The notes beneath the pieces were generated by a model. The model ran no database searches. It was not told the origin of the DNA and was given only the letters and a program-made list of their open reading frames with translations. The position numbers were made by a program, and so were the translations under genes. A stretch of 23,517 bases of DNA from an uncultured Myxococcales bacterium. Lineage in GTDB: Bacteria > Myxococcota > UBA4151. Positions within the stretch are counted from its first letter, which is position 1, and the number at the start of each line of letters is the position of its first letter. Below, one piece after another: positions 19,867-23,517 of the stretch. The stretch covers positions 1-23,517 of the forward strand of contig CAXGWI010000046.1 in the NCBI GenBank assembly GCA_964013405.1. The letters run 5' to 3'.

Positions 19867-20236
19867 CCGTTTTCCCCTTTTGCCCCTTCGGGCCTGGTGA
19901 TTATTTTCGCGTCAGCCAATCGAAAACGAAGAATGGCTGTGTGAACGGCCAAGAACCTATTGGGCCGACTTCGCTCCATTAGCGAGATCGCAGGGCTTGG
20001 CTCAAGGCCAGGATGAGCCGGAGCAGTTTACCATCGGGCATTTACTCGATTCTGAAGCGGCGCAGCCCCGGCCCTAGGGGCCATGTCTAACCCGCTTCGC
20101 TGGTTTCGGGCGAAGCGCTTCCTAGCCCGGTCAGTGCTTGGACAGAACGCCCTAGCCGATGGGGGCCCGGCTCGATATGGGGCAGGAGGAAAAATGTCAG
20201 TCCCCCCCCTTAGGGTCGACTGCGAAGGAGAAGACC

Positions 20237-20887
20237 ATGGCGAAAGGTGTCAACAAGGTCATTTTGGTGGGCAATCTCGGCAATGATCCCGAGGTTCGCC
20301 ACACCAACTCAGGCAATGCCGTGTGCAATCTTCGTTTGGCCTGCACTGAGCGAGTGAAGGACGGCGAGGGCAATTGGGGCGACCGAACCGAGTGGGTGGA
20401 TGTGGTCCTCTGGGGCCGTGATGCCGAAAATGCCGGTCAATGGCTCCGCAAGGGGCGTCAGGTTTACGTTGAAGGCCGGCTGCAAACCCGAAGCTTTACC
20501 GACCGAGACGGTAACGACCGTCGACGCACAGAGGTCGTTTGTCGCCAAATCATGTTCCTCGGGCGCGATGGCGGTGGCGGCGGTGGCGGCGGTGGCGGCT
20601 ACGGTGGCGGTGGCGGCGGTGGCTATGGTGGTGGCAGCCCATCGGGCGGCGGTGGCGGCTACGGTGGTGGCAGCCCCTCGGGCGGCGGTGGCTATGGTGG
20701 TGGCGGCTACGGCGGCGGTGGTCCCTCAGGCGGCGGTAGCGATGGCGGTGGCGGCTACGGTGGCGGCGGCTATGGCGGTGGCAACCCCTCGGGTGGCGGT
20801 GGCTACGGCGGTGGCGGTGACCAGGGGGGTGGCGGCTCGCAAGCCCCTTCATCCGGTGGCTACGACGACGACCCGATTCCGTTCTAG
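20237..20887 (+). CDS. ssb: Single-stranded DNA-binding protein with an extended Gly/Tyr-rich linker
   Basis: VNKVILVGNLGxDPE, KGRQVYVEGRLQTR, acidic tip DDDPIPF; AAGGAG RBS before the ATG at 20237. Confidence 0.96.
   Translation: MAKGVNKVILVGNLGNDPEVRHTNSGNAVCNLRLACTERVKDGEGNWGDRTEWVDVVLWGRDAENAGQWLRKGRQVYVEGRLQTRSFTDRDGNDRRRTEVVCRQIMFLGRDGGGGGGGGGGYGGGGGGGYGGGSPSGGGGGYGGGSPSGGGGYGGGGYGGGGPSGGGSDGGGGYGGGGYGGGNPSGGGGYGGGGDQGGGGSQAPSSGGYDDDPIPF
20569..20860 (+). repeat. Low-complexity GGC/GGT/TAC coding repeat (GGGGYGGG-x-PS units) in ssb
   Basis: Read directly; 8 GYG motifs. Confidence 0.9.
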
Positions 20888-20894
20888 TTGAGCC

Positions 20895-22520
20895 TTAGGG
20901 TTTTCCTCGAACGAGGGGCTTCGCTAAGGTTGTGGGGCCCCCTTCGAGGGGGAGCCCGGAGAGTGCCTCAGCGATCCGGTCGATGACCGCACTGGCTCGA
21001 CGACTGCTGACCTTGAGCCCGTTGGCGACAATCGCAAAGGCGATGACCTCTCGGTCCCGACTCATGACATATCCACTCAGGGCGGTGACGCCGGTGAGTG
21101 TTCCCGTTTTCACCCGTACCTTGTGATGGGATAGATCGCTGGTCATTCGCTTGCGGACCGTGCCCGAAGCCCCAGCAACACCAAGAGATGGGATCAGCTC
21201 ATAGGCGATCTCTCGAGTACGGTAAATGTAGTCCAAGAGGCGCACGACCTGGGCCGCAGTAAAGCGGTTGGTGTCGTTGAGGCCACTGCCATTGCGCAGG
21301 ACATAAGTGTCCGGTTGGATGCCGACATCTCGCTTCAAGAACCGCCGGATCGCCTCGGTGCCTGTCTTCCAACTGCCGGGGCCATCCATCGTTTCGGCGC
21401 CGATGGTTTTTACGATCATCTCCGCAACGAAGTTGTTGGAGTACTTGTTCAGGTCATCGAGGACCTCGCTGAGGCGCCGACTCACAAAGGTATGAAAGGG
21501 GAGGGCATCCTTCGGAACTTTGCCCACGCGGACTTTGCCGGTGACCTGGATGCCCCGCCGTCGCAGCAGGTCTTTCATGGTCTCGCCCGCGTAGATTGGC
21601 GGATTGTCGATCTTGCGCCAGATCACCTTCATGCTCTCGTCTTTGCCGATCCAGCCCCGGGCTTTGACTTCTTGGCGACCATCGGCTCTCGGATGGCTGC
21701 CAACGAGTAGGTAGCGACCGGCGCGGGCTTTGGTTTGTACCCTGGCGTCGAGCTCGAAAAAGGGAATCTGGGGCTCGATGCTCACTTTCGCCAACTGCCC
21801 GGCGGTTTCCGCCGGGCGAATGTAGACGCCGAGGGCATTGAAGTTGATCGACAGCGCACCCGTGGGCGCCATGTAGGCGAAGTCCGTGTTTTCTTCTTCA
21901 TAGCCGGGGCCGACTCGGTCACCGTCGAAGAAGCTCTCGTCGATGACGAGATCGCCCTCGACCCGACGTAGGCCTAGGTGGTGCATTTCGGTGACCCAAA
22001 GCCACATTCGTTCGGAGACGAGGGTGGGGTCCCCGCCACCCCGAATGAAAAGATTGCCGGCGAGCGTCCCTTTTTGATCGAGCTTTTTCGTCGTCCAGGC
22101 CGAGGACTTAAAGCGATACTCTGGGCGAAGAATTTGAAGGGCCGCGGTCCCCGTAAAGAGCTTCACGACCGAGGCTGGGTTGAGCAGTCGGTCGGCTTCG
22201 TAGGCATAGATCGTTCGGCCCCGGTCGAGATCGACGGCCATGAGACCAACCTGGGCATTTCGTAGGATCGGATGACGGAGAACTTCGCTGATGGCCTCCC
22301 CAGCCGTCTGGGCCGGTGCCGCCGCTTTCCCACTGCCGGCGCTGACCGCGGCAGCTGGTGGCGTATTTCCCTGTTTTCCTTCGGTGGCTGCAATGGCGGG
22401 CCGGGCGCCGCTAAACAGCACCCAGGCAGTGGGTATGAGGGCCAAAAGTGCAAGGGTTGAGGCCAGGGCGATTCGCTGCCGCTTGGCCAAGGTCCTTCGA
22501 CTTGCTACCACCTCGCCCAT
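20895..22520 (-). CDS. dacB: D-alanyl-D-alanine carboxypeptidase/endopeptidase (PBP4, peptidase S13)
   Basis: PASVVK (SxxK), GGGDPTL, SNN, GSGL, KTGTL; N-terminal hydrophobic anchor; strong AGGAGG SD upstream of the ATG at 22520. Confidence 0.92.
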   Translation of the reverse strand: MGEVVASRRTLAKRQRIALASTLALLALIPTAWVLFSGARPAIAATEGKQGNTPPAAAVSAGSGKAAAPAQTAGEAISEVLRHPILRNAQVGLMAVDLDRGRTIYAYEADRLLNPASVVKLFTGTAALQILRPEYRFKSSAWTTKKLDQKGTLAGNLFIRGGGDPTLVSERMWLWVTEMHHLGLRRVEGDLVIDESFFDGDRVGPGYEEENTDFAYMAPTGALSINFNALGVYIRPAETAGQLAKVSIEPQIPFFELDARVQTKARAGRYLLVGSHPRADGRQEVKARGWIGKDESMKVIWRKIDNPPIYAGETMKDLLRRRGIQVTGKVRVGKVPKDALPFHTFVSRRLSEVLDDLNKYSNNFVAEMIVKTIGAETMDGPGSWKTGTEAIRRFLKRDVGIQPDTYVLRNGSGLNDTNRFTAAQVVRLLDYIYRTREIAYELIPSLGVAGASGTVRKRMTSDLSHHKVRVKTGTLTGVTALSGYVMSRDREVIAFAIVANGLKVSSRRASAVIDRIAEALSGLPLEGGPTTLAKPLVRGKP

Positions 22521-23517
22521 GGACCGCCTCCTCCTACTCGCTCTTTTGCTGACCGCGTGCGCAGAGCAGCGGGAGACTGAGGCTCTGGTCGTCCTTTTGG
22601 ACAGTGCCCCTGAGTCTTTGGACCCCCGACGCGGAAGCTCTGCCGTCGAAACCCGGACCCAGCAATTGATTTTTCGAGGGCTCGTTCATTTGTCCGACGA
22701 TCTCTCCATCCAGCCTGACCTCGCCAAAACCATCGATACCAGTCAGTCCGGTCGGATTCGCATCCAACTGCGTTCCGGTCAGCGCTTTCATAACTGCTAC
22801 GACGACACAAAGGGTGGAATGCTCAAGGCCGAAGATGTGATCTACTCCTATGAGAGCATCCGAGACCCCCAGGTCGAGAGCCGAAAGCTCAATATCTGGG
22901 CTGATCTCAAAGGGGTGACAGCACCGGATCCGAAGGGCTTAATCGTCGACTTTGAACTGCAACGGGATCTGCCCAATTGGCTTGAGGGCAACGGGACCCT
23001 TGGGATTCTCGAAAAATCCTGTGCGGAGAAAGACCCCAAGGCTTTCGCCCGTCACCCCAGCGGGACGGGGCCCTTGGCCTTTGCCCAGCGCATTGGCGAC
23101 CGGGAGATTCACTTGCAGCGTTTCGAGCCATCGCTCGCCTTCGAGCGCCTCATCTTGCGGGTGGTCAAGGATGAGAACACCCGTATTCTCGAAATGTTGA
23201 AGGGGCGGAGCCACGTCCTTTTGACGACCCCTGCACGCCCCCTGCTCGCGGTGCTCGCCCGGGAGTCTGACCTGAAGCTCCTCAATCAGCCGGGCTTGGG
23301 CTACTCGTACCTTGGCTTGAACCTGGAGGTGCCCGCGCTGGGCAAAAAAGAGGTTAGGCGGGCCCTGGCCCTGGCCATCGACCGGCCCGGGATCATCAAG
23401 CACAAATATCTTGGTTTGGCCCGTCCCAGCGTCGGGATGATGCCGCCCCAGCACTGGGCTCACGCCAGCCATTTGGAGCCGATGGCGCCGGACCTCCGCC
23501 AGGCGGCAGCCCTCCTC
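22519..23517 (+). CDS. Family 5 (peptide/nickel, DppA/OppA-like) ABC solute-binding lipoprotein, 3'-truncated by the window edge
   Basis: Own translation, not in the ORF track: MDRLLLLALLLTAC lipobox, PESLDP, IFRGLV, PDLAK, AEDVIYSY, PSGTGP, YLGLNL, VRRALALAIDR; frame open to the end of the window. Confidence 0.92.
   Translation, partial: MDRLLLLALLLTACAEQRETEALVVLLDSAPESLDPRRGSSAVETRTQQLIFRGLVHLSDDLSIQPDLAKTIDTSQSGRIRIQLRSGQRFHNCYDDTKGGMLKAEDVIYSYESIRDPQVESRKLNIWADLKGVTAPDPKGLIVDFELQRDLPNWLEGNGTLGILEKSCAEKDPKAFARHPSGTGPLAFAQRIGDREIHLQRFEPSLAFERLILRVVKDENTRILEMLKGRSHVLLTTPARPLLAVLARESDLKLLNQPGLGYSYLGLNLEVPALGKKEVRRALALAIDRPGIIKHKYLGLARPSVGMMPPQHWAHASHLEPMAPDLRQAAALL

Noticed and set aside
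20159..20236. Longer ssb start at 20159
   Set aside because: SSB homology and a good RBS point to 20237
22505..23472. Short ORFs listed in the ORF track at the right end
   Set aside because: They are shadows of the real + strand lipoprotein gene starting at 22519, which has no stop within the window

Overview
Bacterial chromosomal window, GC-rich, with pilus genes resembling those of Myxococcota/deltaproteobacteria. The left ~2.45 kb is an AT-richer, accessory-looking patch: a repeat-containing hypothetical ORF, gene fragments and a secreted Sel1-repeat gene, punctuated by two exact 25-bp direct repeats. It is followed by uvrA and an orphan beta-class DNA amino-methyltransferase. Next come a minus-strand operon (degenerate NtrC-like regulator, thiE, thiD-like), a divergent PcaF/PaaJ-type thiolase, and a type IV pilus cluster pilB-pilT-pilC-pilS-pilR with no pilA. 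The right part holds an SspB-like adaptor, a hotdog thioesterase, dnaB, a divergent ssb with a long Gly/Tyr tail, dacB (PBP4), and a family-5 ABC solute-binding lipoprotein that runs off the right edge and is missing from the ORF track. The most notable observations are the cassette-like 25-bp repeat architecture at the left end, an enhancer-binding protein that appears both phosphorylation-dead and ATPase-dead, a mosaic-looking methyltransferase, and two divergent genes whose start codons overlap in one CCATGG palindrome. No complete novel system can be proven from the sequence alone.
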